Assembly: GCA_021839985.1 (NCBI GenBank)
Contig: JAKBZO010000001.1
Coordinates: forward strand, 676 to 64,675
DNA from: a bacterium
GTDB lineage: Bacteria > Patescibacteriota > Minisyncoccia > Phycocordibacterales > SBAW01
Length of the DNA stretch: 64,000 nucleotides
Direction: 5' to 3'
The position numbers were made by a program, and so were the translations under genes. The notes under the pieces were generated by a model. That model worked only from the letters and a program-made list of their open reading frames with translations. It did no database searches and had not been told where the DNA came from. Below, piece after piece: positions 18,780 to 28,199 of the stretch (positions within the stretch are counted from its first letter, which is position 1; every line of letters starts with the position of its first letter).

Positions 18780-19505
18780 CTACTTCTGCTTTGCAAGAAC
18801 CGACTTCACGATCGACTCGACCTGCGCAAGCGGCAGTGCGCCGGAGAACGACGTGCGCGTGCCATCTTTCCCGACAACCACGATGAACGGCGTGCCGTTG
18901 CCGCCCGCACTTACGCCCTCCGCCTCATCGCTGCTGATATGGCTATCGAATTTCTTGGACGAGGTGCAGTCAGCGAATGCTTTCGGGTCAGCGCCGAGCT
19001 GTGCGGCGATCGTCGTGTAGAGCTGCGCGTTCATATCTTTTTGATCGCCGAAGATCGCGTCGGCGAATTTCCAGAACGCATCGTTGCCGAGCTCGCTTGC
19101 GAGACACTCTGCCGCCTCAGCGGCCGGACGCGCTTCCGGGTGAATAGAGTCGAGCGGAAATTCGCGGTAGACCCACGCCACTTGTCCTTGCATATCGGCG
19201 ACCGCCTGCTTGAGCGTCGGATACACCAAGGAGCAATACGGACATTCGAAATCGGAGTACTCGATGATCGTCACCTTCGCATCAAGCGAGCCGACGATGT
19301 GATCTTGTGCGTCCGGTGCGCGCACGCCGGAGAGCGACGCGCCGCCAGCTGCGGCATCAGCCGCTTGTTGCGTCGGCGCTTGCGTAGTGCCGCCGTGGGT
19401 GAGCAGTATGGCGCACGCGATCAACAGAGAGCCGAACATGATGGCGACCGGAAGGGTCAAAATATTCTTCTTTTCCGATTCGATCGGATGTGTGTGGGTA
19501 GACAT
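18780..19505 (-). CDS. DsbA-family thioredoxin-fold oxidoreductase
   Basis: EYSDFECPYC, FPL, GTP cis-Pro motif; N-terminal TM. Confidence 0.9.
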   Translation of the reverse strand: MSTHTHPIESEKKNILTLPVAIMFGSLLIACAILLTHGGTTQAPTQQAADAAAGGASLSGVRAPDAQDHIVGSLDAKVTIIEYSDFECPYCSLVYPTLKQAVADMQGQVAWVYREFPLDSIHPEARPAAEAAECLASELGNDAFWKFADAIFGDQKDMNAQLYTTIAAQLGADPKAFADCTSSKKFDSHISSDEAEGVSAGGNGTPFIVVVGKDGTRTSFSGALPLAQVESIVKSVLAKQK

Positions 19506-19565
19506 ATGCACCCATGGTATATCCCGCCAAGCCCTCGCACAAGTCTGCTCGACTTTCTGCAGGAT

Positions 19566-21482
19566 CTACAGCTTTCGGTTCCGCAACAATACCGCATTCA
19601 GCGCGACCGCCACGGTGCTGGCGGACATGAAGACCGCTGCCAGAGCCGGCTGCAAAACGATCCCCCGATACGCGAGCACACCGGCCGCAAGCGGGATCGC
19701 GATCACGTTGTATCCGGTCGCCCACGCGAGATTCTGGATCATTTTGCGATACGTGAGCTGCGAGAGTGTGACGACTTTCGCCACGTCTCGAGGGTCGTTG
19801 CGAACCAGGATGATCCCCGCAGATTCGATAGCGACCGTCGTGCCCGCACCGATCGCGATGCCAACATCCGCCTGCGTGAGTGCGGGCGCATCATTGACAC
19901 CATCACCGACCATCGCCACCTTCTTTCCCTGCGTCTGCAGAAGTTTTATCTTCTGTGCTTTTTCCTCCGGTTGCACTCGAGCGAAATAGTCGGTGATGCC
20001 GAGCTGCTTCGCGACGCTCGCGGCGACCTCGTGCGAATCTCCCGTGATCATCACCACGCCGATCCCGCGCCGCTTCAGAGAGTCGATCGCTTCTTTGGCT
20101 TCCGCGCGGACCCGATCGGCCACGGTGATGCTTCCGATGGCACGGCCATCTGCTTCGACCACCACATCATCGCCGCCGCGTTGGCCGACGAAGATCATCT
20201 TTCCTCCGACCGTCGCCTGCGCGCCGACGCCTCCGACGCGCTCGAAGTCTCGAGCTTCCAGAATAGTGGGGCCGCGTTTCTCTGCCTCCGCGATGATCGC
20301 TTTTGCGATCGGGTGTTCGGAGTGAGTCTCAACAGCAGCCGCAAGCATGAGCGCTTCATCCGAACTCGAAGTCGTGACGGCAAACTCTCCTTCGGTGAGC
20401 GTCCCTGTTTTATCAAAGACGACCGTATCGATCGTGCGCGCCTGCTCAAGCGCCCGACGCTCACGGATAAGAAAACCTTCCTGGGCGGCCATTGCAGTGG
20501 AGATCGCGACCACCAGCGGGATCGCGAGGCCGAGCGCGTGCGGACAGGTGATGACAAGCACCGACACCAAGCGTTCGGTTGCGGCACCGACCCCAGCAGC
20601 CAACGTCCAGGCAACAAACGTTATGACCCCCACCCCGATGGCAATAAGTGTCAGATAAAACGCTGCCTTGTCGGAAAGCATTTGCAGCCGCGACTTCGAC
20701 GCCTGCGCATCAGCGACCAGTCGCATGACGCCGGCAAGAAATGTTCCTTCGCCGACGTCGGTGACCCGCACAGTCAAACTTCCATTGCCATTGAGAGAGC
20801 CTGCAATAACCTTCATGCCTGCCGACTTGGGAACCGGCCGTGACTCGCCGGTAATGATCGATTCGTTCAACTCCGAGGAGCCTTCGATGATCGCACTGTC
20901 GGCCGGGACCTGTGCGCCCGGCCTCACCAGGACGATGTCTCCGACCTTAAGGTCGCCACGTGAGATGGTCTGCGCCACTCCATTCTTGATCACCTCAGCC
21001 CGGTCCGGCAGAAGTTTGGCCAGTTCCCGGAGCGCGCCTTGTGCGCCTTCAACCGAGCGCATTTCGATCCAGTGCCCGAGCAGCATAATGGCGATAAGCG
21101 AGGCGAGTTCAAACAAAAGATCATGCCCCGTTCCGAGGATGACCGAGACGAAACTGTAGGTATAGGCCGCCGTGATCGCGAGCGCGATGAGCGTCATCAT
21201 GCCCGGCTGCCGGTCTCGGAGCTCGGTGTACGCACCTCTCAGAAATATTGAGCCGCAATAGAAAAATGCCGCCGAGCCTAAGATGAGATCAAGGCAGTAT
21301 GACCCGGTGAATTGAGGTCCTTGAATGCCGAAGACGGACCGCGCCATTTCGGAGTAGAAAAATATCGGCACGCACAGAGCGACTGCGATCCAGAATTTTC
21401 TCAAGAGAGCCTCCGTATGATGACCTGCACGCTTGGCATGATTGCCATGGTCCATGTCCATATCCAAAGTATATCCCCACAT
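19566..21482 (-). CDS. Copper-translocating P1B-type ATPase (CopB-like)
   Basis: [32 protein letters not shown] and MSAST motifs; His-rich N-terminus. Confidence 0.92.
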   Translation of the reverse strand: MWGYTLDMDMDHGNHAKRAGHHTEALLRKFWIAVALCVPIFFYSEMARSVFGIQGPQFTGSYCLDLILGSAAFFYCGSIFLRGAYTELRDRQPGMMTLIALAITAAYTYSFVSVILGTGHDLLFELASLIAIMLLGHWIEMRSVEGAQGALRELAKLLPDRAEVIKNGVAQTISRGDLKVGDIVLVRPGAQVPADSAIIEGSSELNESIITGESRPVPKSAGMKVIAGSLNGNGSLTVRVTDVGEGTFLAGVMRLVADAQASKSRLQMLSDKAAFYLTLIAIGVGVITFVAWTLAAGVGAATERLVSVLVITCPHALGLAIPLVVAISTAMAAQEGFLIRERRALEQARTIDTVVFDKTGTLTEGEFAVTTSSSDEALMLAAAVETHSEHPIAKAIIAEAEKRGPTILEARDFERVGGVGAQATVGGKMIFVGQRGGDDVVVEADGRAIGSITVADRVRAEAKEAIDSLKRRGIGVVMITGDSHEVAASVAKQLGITDYFARVQPEEKAQKIKLLQTQGKKVAMVGDGVNDAPALTQADVGIAIGAGTTVAIESAGIILVRNDPRDVAKVVTLSQLTYRKMIQNLAWATGYNVIAIPLAAGVLAYRGIVLQPALAAVFMSASTVAVALNAVLLRNRKL

Positions 21483-21583
21483 TTCGACGCAAGACTACCG
21501 AGAATCGGTCACGAGTTTCTAAGCATCCACCTCGCTCCACTTGGCTAGCAACCTAAATTCTTTAAATCAGATACAATTAAAAT

Positions 21584-22186
21584 ATGTTTAAGAAAATATT
21601 CCTTTGGGCTTTTGATCTATACAAAAAACACAACATGGAACAGTACTACCTCCAAGGCAAAGCTTGGGGGCGTAAGGACCATAACGAGGATATTGTTCGG
21701 GCAATGGACCTGGTCTCTGACCGGCATTACAGACGATGTCTGGATGTAGGCGCCGGGTTGGGACACTACAGCGAGTATGCAGCAAAAATATGCGATGAGG
21801 TGGTTGCGACGGATATTTCAAGCGTAGCGATAGGATGGGCACAAAACCGTCTCCGCCACTTTAAAAACATACGATTTGAAGTAAAAAATCTTAGAGACGC
21901 TAGTGCTTCATGGGGGGGGTTCGATCTTATAATTTTAGCTGAAGTTCTCTATTATCTCGGCGACGAGCGATTCCCGGTTGACTTCAAGAAATTGCTTCGA
22001 CGGATAACCGATCTGGTACAAGAGAAAGGCCGCATTTTGCTCGTCAATTACGTATCGCCGGGACGGAATGAAGAACAACTCCGATCGTACGTAAATGATT
22101 TTGTCAAAATGGGCCTTTCTCTTGAAAAGAACGAGACGATCAAGGTTGGCCAAAAAACATTTCTTGCCGCAGTGTTGCGGAAATAA
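21584..22186 (+). CDS. Class I SAM-dependent methyltransferase (AT-rich gene)
   Basis: LDVGAGLG, ATDIS, FDLIILAEVLYYL. Confidence 0.85.
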   Translation: MFKKIFLWAFDLYKKHNMEQYYLQGKAWGRKDHNEDIVRAMDLVSDRHYRRCLDVGAGLGHYSEYAAKICDEVVATDISSVAIGWAQNRLRHFKNIRFEVKNLRDASASWGGFDLIILAEVLYYLGDERFPVDFKKLLRRITDLVQEKGRILLVNYVSPGRNEEQLRSYVNDFVKMGLSLEKNETIKVGQKTFLAAVLRK

Positions 22187-22229
22187 TGTTATTCGCCGAC
22201 CTCGAACAGATTATATTAATGATCACTTT

Positions 22230-22427
22230 GGGGCGACTACAGGGATCGGTCACTCTCGTGGGTTTTTGCTTTGCTCTGCGAGCTCACAAAAACCTCACTC
22301 GCTCGACCCCCACCCGCCGCCTCCGCTCATTCGCTTCGCTCATGAACGGGCTTCGCGGCGGCTTGGTTCGATTCCCTGTAGTCGGCCCAGGAATATATCC
22401 TCGGCGCTCCGCACCTACGTCTTATTC
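22230..22427 (-). repeat. tRNA-His-associated folded element
   Basis: Direct copy of the tRNA 3' end at 22230-22248 and inverted copy at 22365-22389. Confidence 0.75.
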
Positions 22428-22502
22428 TGGGCGACTACAGGGAATCGAACCCTGATTGCGAGTTCCACAAACTCGAGTGTTAACCGTTACACCATAGTCG
22501 CC
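22428..22502 (-). tRNA. tRNA-His(GTG)
   Basis: Cloverleaf; cgagt-ttGTGga-actcg; encoded G-1:C73. Confidence 0.95.
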
Positions 22503-22552
22503 ATACTACACAGGAAGCCGGAAGCCTCGTGCTTCCGGCTTCCTGTGTCTTG

Positions 22553-22637
22553 TGCCCAGGAGAGGATTCGAACCTCCATAGGATTGCTCCCGCTACCACC
22601 TCAAGGTAGTGCGTCTAGCCAATTTCGCCACCTGGGC
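22553..22637 (-). tRNA. tRNA-Leu(GAG)
   Basis: Cloverleaf with long variable arm; ctacc-ttGAGgt-ggtag. Confidence 0.95.
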
Positions 22638-23367
22638 AACTGTTGTTCAAACCTGCCATCCTCAAGACACGGTCGACCTTCATTCGCTTACGTGACAGGC
22701 AGATAGCACTATTACCATAATATATTGAGGGCAATAACTCAAGGGATTCATGCTTCGCGTATTTCAACTGAAAGACCGTCCTATTTGCATTTTGTGTAAT
22801 ATGGCCATTAATGCCTAGTCGGCGCTTGATCTCCGTTCTTAGCCAGGAGATATGCTTTTTACTTGCGGAGGCAAAAACTGTATAGAACATAAAACTAGCT
22901 TCCCATCGCGAATCCATGTATGAGTAAAAACTGCCATCCCCGTCGAATGACCCTCGCAAGAAATCAAAGAAATATCTGTTGGGAATCTTTACTGCGCCAA
23001 TGGTCTTCGACTTTGCACCAGATATGCCGATTGAACATAAAAAATTATGGAACAAGGTATCGCTGAACTGAACGTGTCCGCACAGGTCGCCATTCCCATT
23101 GCTTTTGGTGCTTAACTTTACTTGTATATTCAGGCAGCGGCAAAAATTATCAAGCTGTTCTTCATCTTTTGAAGTCAATGTTACATGCCGGCCATCGACA
23201 GACACATAACCGTCTGTTGCCAACAACCCAAGAGCGTAGGCAAAATTAGCAGACCACTTGATCTCCACTTTTCCTTTCGGTTTCGGACCACGCTTCCCTA
23301 TAAACAAATAGTAGCACGGCTCAAGGTAATAGCGTCTACCAATTTGTGGTATTAAAAAGACCGGCAT
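22615..23367 (-). CDS. LAGLIDADG homing-endonuclease-like protein ending inside tRNA-Leu
   Basis: Two motifs, AYALGLLATDG and FLRGSFDGDG; AT-rich. True start uncertain (possibly near 23301, where the codon is ATA). Confidence 0.8.
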   Translation of the reverse strand: MPVFLIPQIGRRYYLEPCYYLFIGKRGPKPKGKVEIKWSANFAYALGLLATDGYVSVDGRHVTLTSKDEEQLDNFCRCLNIQVKLSTKSNGNGDLCGHVQFSDTLFHNFLCSIGISGAKSKTIGAVKIPNRYFFDFLRGSFDGDGSFYSYMDSRWEASFMFYTVFASASKKHISWLRTEIKRRLGINGHITQNANRTVFQLKYAKHESLELLPSIYYGNSAICLSRKRMKVDRVLRMAGLNNSCPGGEIG

Positions 23368-23400
23368 GTGCCGGTCTTTTTGTTGTAGTTGTGTTTGAAA

Positions 23401-23850
23401 TTATTCCTGCGCTGCCGTTTCTGCGACCGCCTCCGGTGCGGATACTTCCGCGACCTCTGCCGCTTCTTCGCTTGCGGTTGCCGAAGGAGAGAAAGCGCGT
23501 GCGCGGCGCATCTGGCGCTTCACGTCGCGCGCTGCTTTGGTGCGGATGAAATAGAGCTTCGCGCGGCGAACACGAGCGCGCTTGAGGATCTCGACCGAGT
23601 CGATGACCGGCGAGTAGAGCGGGAAGACCTTCTCGACGCCAACGCCGCTTGCCACCTTGCGCACCGTGAAGGTAGCGCCGGCTTCAGTGCCATGCTTGAC
23701 CGCGAGCACCAAACCTTCGAACGCCTGCTTGCGCGTCTTGCCTTTTTCGACGATCTTCTGCCACACGCGGACCGTATCGCCAGCGGCAATGCCGAGCGCC
23801 TGGCGCTCTTTCATGTCGACCGGTGAGATCTTTATTGCACTTTTTTGCAT
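23401..23850 (-). CDS. rplS: 50S ribosomal protein L19
   Basis: GDTVRV, QAFEGLVLA, TFTVRKVASGVGVEK, VRRAKLYFIR. Confidence 0.97.
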   Translation of the reverse strand: MQKSAIKISPVDMKERQALGIAAGDTVRVWQKIVEKGKTRKQAFEGLVLAVKHGTEAGATFTVRKVASGVGVEKVFPLYSPVIDSVEILKRARVRRAKLYFIRTKAARDVKRQMRRARAFSPSATASEEAAEVAEVSAPEAVAETAAQE

Positions 23851-24054
23851 GATCGTGAGTATAGCACGGAAGCCTCGATTTGCAAATTGTTGCTTACGGG
23901 TGTCCGTCCAACCACCGTTCCCTAACGGCCAACTCACCCCAGAGGGTTCCCCTCTGGGGGCTACTATAACAAAAGGGTCCTTTTCCACTCCGCAAAAATT
24001 CTTGCAAAGTTTCAAAGGACCCAAGGTTCAAAATCGAACCAAAGTGTTGAAGGA

Positions 24055-24672
24055 TCAGCGAGAAACCACCTGGTCGTCGGCATCCCACCTGTCCGGGAGC
24101 GTCACCGAGTCGGCTTCGACGTACCAGCCGCTGTCGTCGGCGCCCCAGTACGCGTGCACGGCCCAGACGGTTCCCTTTGCATCGGCGATGTAGAAGATGA
24201 ACCACTTGGAGTGGTAGGCGGTCTTCAAGAATTCGAAGACATGCGCGAAGTACACGCGGGCTCTTTTCACCTTCGGGAAGTCCTTGTCGCCGAGCGCCAC
24301 GAGGATGTTCTCGTCCGACGATGAGTTAAGCAGTTTGCGCTGCTTCACTGTCATGGCGGGGACATTCTCTTCGATGAGGTCGCCGAAGTTTGCCATAAGG
24401 TTTTCGCCGAGGTTCCAGATCGGCAGCTCGCCGTTCACGTCCACCTTGAGCTTGTCGCGAGCAACGAAGCGTTTGACGGACGAGAATCTGATCGGCTCGC
24501 CTACTTCTTCGAGGAGACCCGCGAGGATCTTCTTGCTCGCCACCGACTCGACTTTCAATGTTTTCTCCCCACGCAAAATCGCGCGGGCTCCTTCTGCGCC
24601 GCCAACCATCTTGATGATGGCGTTAGTTTCGCCGCCCGTAAGGTCGGCCATTGCGAAACGATCATGAGACAT
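24055..24672 (-). CDS. Putative remote DGR target protein
   Basis: C-terminus VWAVHAYWGADDSGWYVEADSVTLPDRWDADDQVVSR with NNC codons between fixed W/V/A/S; SD GGAGA. Confidence 0.6.
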   Translation of the reverse strand: MSHDRFAMADLTGGETNAIIKMVGGAEGARAILRGEKTLKVESVASKKILAGLLEEVGEPIRFSSVKRFVARDKLKVDVNGELPIWNLGENLMANFGDLIEENVPAMTVKQRKLLNSSSDENILVALGDKDFPKVKRARVYFAHVFEFLKTAYHSKWFIFYIADAKGTVWAVHAYWGADDSGWYVEADSVTLPDRWDADDQVVSR

Positions 24673-24849
24673 AGTGCTCTCCTTTGGGCTTAGTTGCCCT
24701 TCAGATGTTTCCTCTCACCCGAGGCAGGCGCTATCGCGTGTCATTCGCCACAGCAGAGAATGGCCTAATGAATAAGCCGTTTTCTGCTGTGGCGAATGCT
24801 GATCCGCTATCAAAGAACGATTAACGCAATTGAAGCATGTTTATATAGT

Positions 24850-25599
24850 TTAGTCAAGTTTTTGTTCTGCGTCATGTATCTGTCGCTCTGCTTCCTGGAA
24901 ATCAGCTGGGAGCTGGGCTTCAAAAGACACCTGCTGACCGGTTGTCGGGTGAATAAAGGTGAGCGAGAGTGCGTGGAGCGCCAGGCGGTCGAAACCGAAA
25001 AGTGATTGTTTGCCGCGGCCGTAGAGCGGATCGCAGACGATCGGATGCTGGATGGCAGAGAGATGCACGCGGATCTGATGCGTGCGGCCGGTCGTCGGAA
25101 AGACCTCAAGATAGCTGGCGCCATCATTGCCCTTCCCCCATCGCGCCATCGTGCGGAATGTCGTCTGCGCTTCGCGAAGCGCGCCGTGGGTATCACGCAC
25201 GCCGCGGTGCGAGCCTGAACCGCGCGTGCGGCCGATCGGTTTGTTGATGATGCCGCGATCGTCCGCGATCACACCGTAGACGAACGCGCGATAAATTTTA
25301 CGTACTTCGTGTTCTGAAAACTGTCCGCGCAAACTCTCAAATGCTTCATGCGTCAGTGCCGCGACCATGATGCCGGAGGTGTCGCGGTCCAATCGATGCA
25401 CAATGCCGGGGCGGATCACTTCCGTGCCATCACCCTGCACTTCTTTCTCCCCCACCTCAGCGATCTGCGGAAACTTCTGCACGAGCCACGCCGCGAGCGT
25501 TCCTTCGTGCGGCACATGAGCCGCCGCATGCACCGGCATGCCAGTCGGTTTGTTGATGACGATGATCTGGTCGTCTTGGTAGAGAATAGTTGGTTCCAT
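24850..25599 (-). CDS. RluA/RluD-family pseudouridine synthase
   Basis: NKPTGMPVH, HRLDRDTSG, TGRTHQIRVH, LHA. Confidence 0.93.
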   Translation of the reverse strand: MEPTILYQDDQIIVINKPTGMPVHAAAHVPHEGTLAAWLVQKFPQIAEVGEKEVQGDGTEVIRPGIVHRLDRDTSGIMVAALTHEAFESLRGQFSEHEVRKIYRAFVYGVIADDRGIINKPIGRTRGSGSHRGVRDTHGALREAQTTFRTMARWGKGNDGASYLEVFPTTGRTHQIRVHLSAIQHPIVCDPLYGRGKQSLFGFDRLALHALSLTFIHPTTGQQVSFEAQLPADFQEAERQIHDAEQKLD

Positions 25600-25636
25600 G
25601 GTGCCATTGTCGCTAAAGAAACGAATTGCGCAAGCC

Positions 25637-25756
25637 CTCGCAAGATCTTGGATGCAGCACGAGGCGCGCAAGCAAGGCGGCGCGAGGCGTACTTGCTTGG
25701 TACGGTGAGTGCCGTTTTGCGAAGCGCAACGCAGTGATGCGCCAAGATCTTGCGAG
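25637..25756. repeat. ~120-nt palindromic intergenic element, copy 3
   Basis: Perfect 15-bp arms ctcgcaagatcttgg / ccaagatcttgcgag; gaggcg...tac/gta...caacgcag core. Confidence 0.75.
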
Positions 25757-25760
25757 AGCC

Positions 25761-27599
25761 TTACACGGTAATGATCTGATGCTCAACGAGGCGGCGGTAT
25801 GGTTCGCAGGTTTCCACGAGCTCTGCGTGCTTGCCCACGCCGACCATGCGGCCGCCATCCATCACGATGATCCGGTCCGCGTCACGCACGGTCGAAAGGC
25901 GGTGCGCGATGATAATGCCGGTGCGACCCTTGAGCGCTTCTCCCATCGCTTCGTGGATGATCGCTTCATTCTCGGCGTCAAGGTTGGAAGTGGCTTCGTC
26001 GAAGATGAGAATGTCGGGCTCCTGCAGAAGCGCTCGCGCGATGCCGACACGCTGGCGTTCGCCGCCGGAAAGCTTTACGCCGTTCTCGCCGATCAGCACG
26101 TCGAATCTTTTCTCACCGAGGCGATCATAGAATTGGTCGACGCGCGCCTTGCGCGAAACGTCATCAAGCTGCGCATCGGTGATCGTCTCAGGGTGCGCCG
26201 CAGCGAAGGTCATATTGTAGCGCAGCGCATTGTCGAACAGCTCGACTTGCTGCGGCACATAACCGACACGGCGCAGGAAACTCTGCTGGCTCACGTCGCG
26301 CAGATCATGCCCATCAACGAGAACACTGCCCTGATCCGGATCATACCCGCGCAACAGCAGGTGGACGATCGTGGTCTTGCCCGCACCGGAGTGCCCAACG
26401 ATCGCGGCGGTCTCCCCCGCCTCGATCGTGAACGACACATCGCGCAGGATCTCTTTGGACACGTCATCCTCTTCATTCCCCTCGCCAGCCGTTTCATCGT
26501 CGTCAGACGATACTTCTGGCGTGGCTTCGGCAGGCGCGATCGGATACGCGAACGAGACGTTGCGAAATTCGATGCGGCCGCTGATGCTTCCGAGCTCTAC
26601 CGCGCCAGCCTTGTCCTTCACCGCCGGCTCGCGATCAAGCGCATCGTGATAGATCTGAATATCAGAAAACTGCGTGATCATCTGCCGCTGCGCCCAGCCA
26701 AGATTGCCGACATTACCGAACACGCTCCCCATCCAGCCGATGAGCATCACGATCGAGCCGGGCGACTGCGCGCCGATCGAGACCAGATACACGCCGACCA
26801 TGAGCGCGAACACCTGTCCGAAGTAGATGAGCGTCGTGCGCCAGTAGTACGATGACAGATAATCGAACCAGATCGCCCGAGACGTTTGCGCCTTATCTTC
26901 GTACAACGTGTCATATTCGCGAACGATGGCGTCTTCTTTTGCCGAGAGTTTGATGACTTTTACATTGCGTAGCGCCTCGTTGAAATATTTCGACTGATCG
27001 TTCCATCGTTTGCGATTTTCTTTCATGGTCGGTAAGAACGTCGTGTTGTAGCGATACTGTGCCGCTACGTATATCAATGAGAAGAAGAGCACAACGCCGC
27101 CGAGTAAAGGACTTACGAATGTGATCGCAGCTGTCGCCAGAATGATCTGGAGCAAGAATGGCAGGAGCGAGTACACGCTCGTGTTGATGAATGCTATGAG
27201 CGCGTCACTGCCCTTATTCACCACCGAGAGGCGGAGGCCCGAATGTTCATTGATGTGTTGCCCAAGAGAAAAACGAAACACACGCTCCAGCGTGTGCGTC
27301 GCTATGAATTGCGGCATGCCGTAATCAAGATGCGCTTGCTCATATCGTTCGCGTAGGTAGTTGAGAATGTTGGCAACGAGATAGACGCCAAGGATGATGC
27401 CGCCGAGCATGAACGAATGTGAAAGCGGCGCGTGCGTGGCGAGATCGTCAATGATCTTACCCTGCAGATATGGAAGGAACAGAAAGAGCACTTGACCGCC
27501 GACCAGGAGCACGAACAAGATCGTGAGTATGCCGAAAAACGGCCGGTACAGCGTACGCAGCATGGCGAGCGGTTTGGTTTTTGGTGTTGTTTCAGTCAT
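25761..27599 (-). CDS. ABC exporter (fused permease and ATPase)
   Basis: TM domain plus GHSGAGKT, LSGGERQR, FDEATSNLD, IAHRLST. Confidence 0.95.
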   Translation of the reverse strand: MTETTPKTKPLAMLRTLYRPFFGILTILFVLLVGGQVLFLFLPYLQGKIIDDLATHAPLSHSFMLGGIILGVYLVANILNYLRERYEQAHLDYGMPQFIATHTLERVFRFSLGQHINEHSGLRLSVVNKGSDALIAFINTSVYSLLPFLLQIILATAAITFVSPLLGGVVLFFSLIYVAAQYRYNTTFLPTMKENRKRWNDQSKYFNEALRNVKVIKLSAKEDAIVREYDTLYEDKAQTSRAIWFDYLSSYYWRTTLIYFGQVFALMVGVYLVSIGAQSPGSIVMLIGWMGSVFGNVGNLGWAQRQMITQFSDIQIYHDALDREPAVKDKAGAVELGSISGRIEFRNVSFAYPIAPAEATPEVSSDDDETAGEGNEEDDVSKEILRDVSFTIEAGETAAIVGHSGAGKTTIVHLLLRGYDPDQGSVLVDGHDLRDVSQQSFLRRVGYVPQQVELFDNALRYNMTFAAAHPETITDAQLDDVSRKARVDQFYDRLGEKRFDVLIGENGVKLSGGERQRVGIARALLQEPDILIFDEATSNLDAENEAIIHEAMGEALKGRTGIIIAHRLSTVRDADRIIVMDGGRMVGVGKHAELVETCEPYRRLVEHQIITV

Positions 27600-27613
27600 A
27601 AATCATGAGTGGG

Positions 27614-27807
27614 GGTGCACGCTGTAGGACTCGGCCAAGCGCTCGCTCGTCGCCGTCGCTCCTCGCTCCGCTCGGCCCTGCTCGCGCGACCCAGTCTGCT
27701 GACTGGGTGCCCGCGCTCGCTTTCGAGCCCCTCAGGGTGCACAAAATTAAGCTCCGATACGCTCACGCGTATCGGAGCTTAATTTTGTGCACCCTGAGGG
27801 GCTCGAA
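27614..27807 (-). repeat. tRNA-Val-associated folded element with a 41-bp perfect inverted repeat
   Basis: Arms 27722-27762 and 27767-27807; core 27631-27725 shared with 32733-32827. Confidence 0.85.
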
Positions 27808-27860
27808 CCCCCGACCTTCTCAGTGTAAATGAGTTGCTCTACCAACTGAGCTAAGGGTGC
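27788..27860 (-). tRNA. tRNA-Val(TAC)
   Basis: Cloverleaf; anticodon loop ttTACac. Confidence 0.93.
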
Positions 27861-27920
27861 AAAAACATACCGCGAACACCGCTAAATTTACAATAAAAAC
27901 TTGTGTTGAGCAATGTTTTT

Positions 27921-28127
27921 CGTTCGTTTGTGCCCTCGGGAGGGATGATCCCGCAGTTACTAACTCGCTTGTTCGTGCTGCGCACTCCAAGCCCGTAAGT
28001 ACTGCTGGACGCGGCTCGCTATTTTGCTCGCCGAGGGCGCTCGCAAAATATGCTCCGCCGGTTCGATTCCTCCCGCACGCAAAGCAGTTTGCGTGCTCCG
28101 GGGGCACACACTCACTACGTTCGTTTG
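27921..28127 (-). repeat. tRNA-Arg(TCT)-associated folded element
   Basis: 15-bp direct repeat cgttcgtttgtgccc (27921, 28118); interrupted inverted tRNA 3' copy at 28060-28107. Confidence 0.7.
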
Positions 28128-28199
28128 TGCCCCCACGAGGAATCGAACCTCGATCAGCGGCTTAGAAGTCCGCAGTTTTATCCATTAAACTACAGGGGC
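28128..28199 (-). tRNA. tRNA-Arg(TCT); acceptor stem appears one base short
   Basis: Anticodon loop ctTCTaa, T-loop GGTTCGATTCC; 5' strand gcccctg versus 3' strand tggggc. Confidence 0.8.

Noticed and set aside
22186-22455. Short ORFs over tRNA-associated elements (also 27605-27832, 27857-28165)
   Set aside because: They overlap tRNAs and palindromes, and the covariation pattern points to structure rather than coding.
24742-24798. taagccgttttctg resembling the RNase P RNA 3' motif
   Set aside because: No matching GAGGAAAGTCC partner; explained as part of a leader hairpin.
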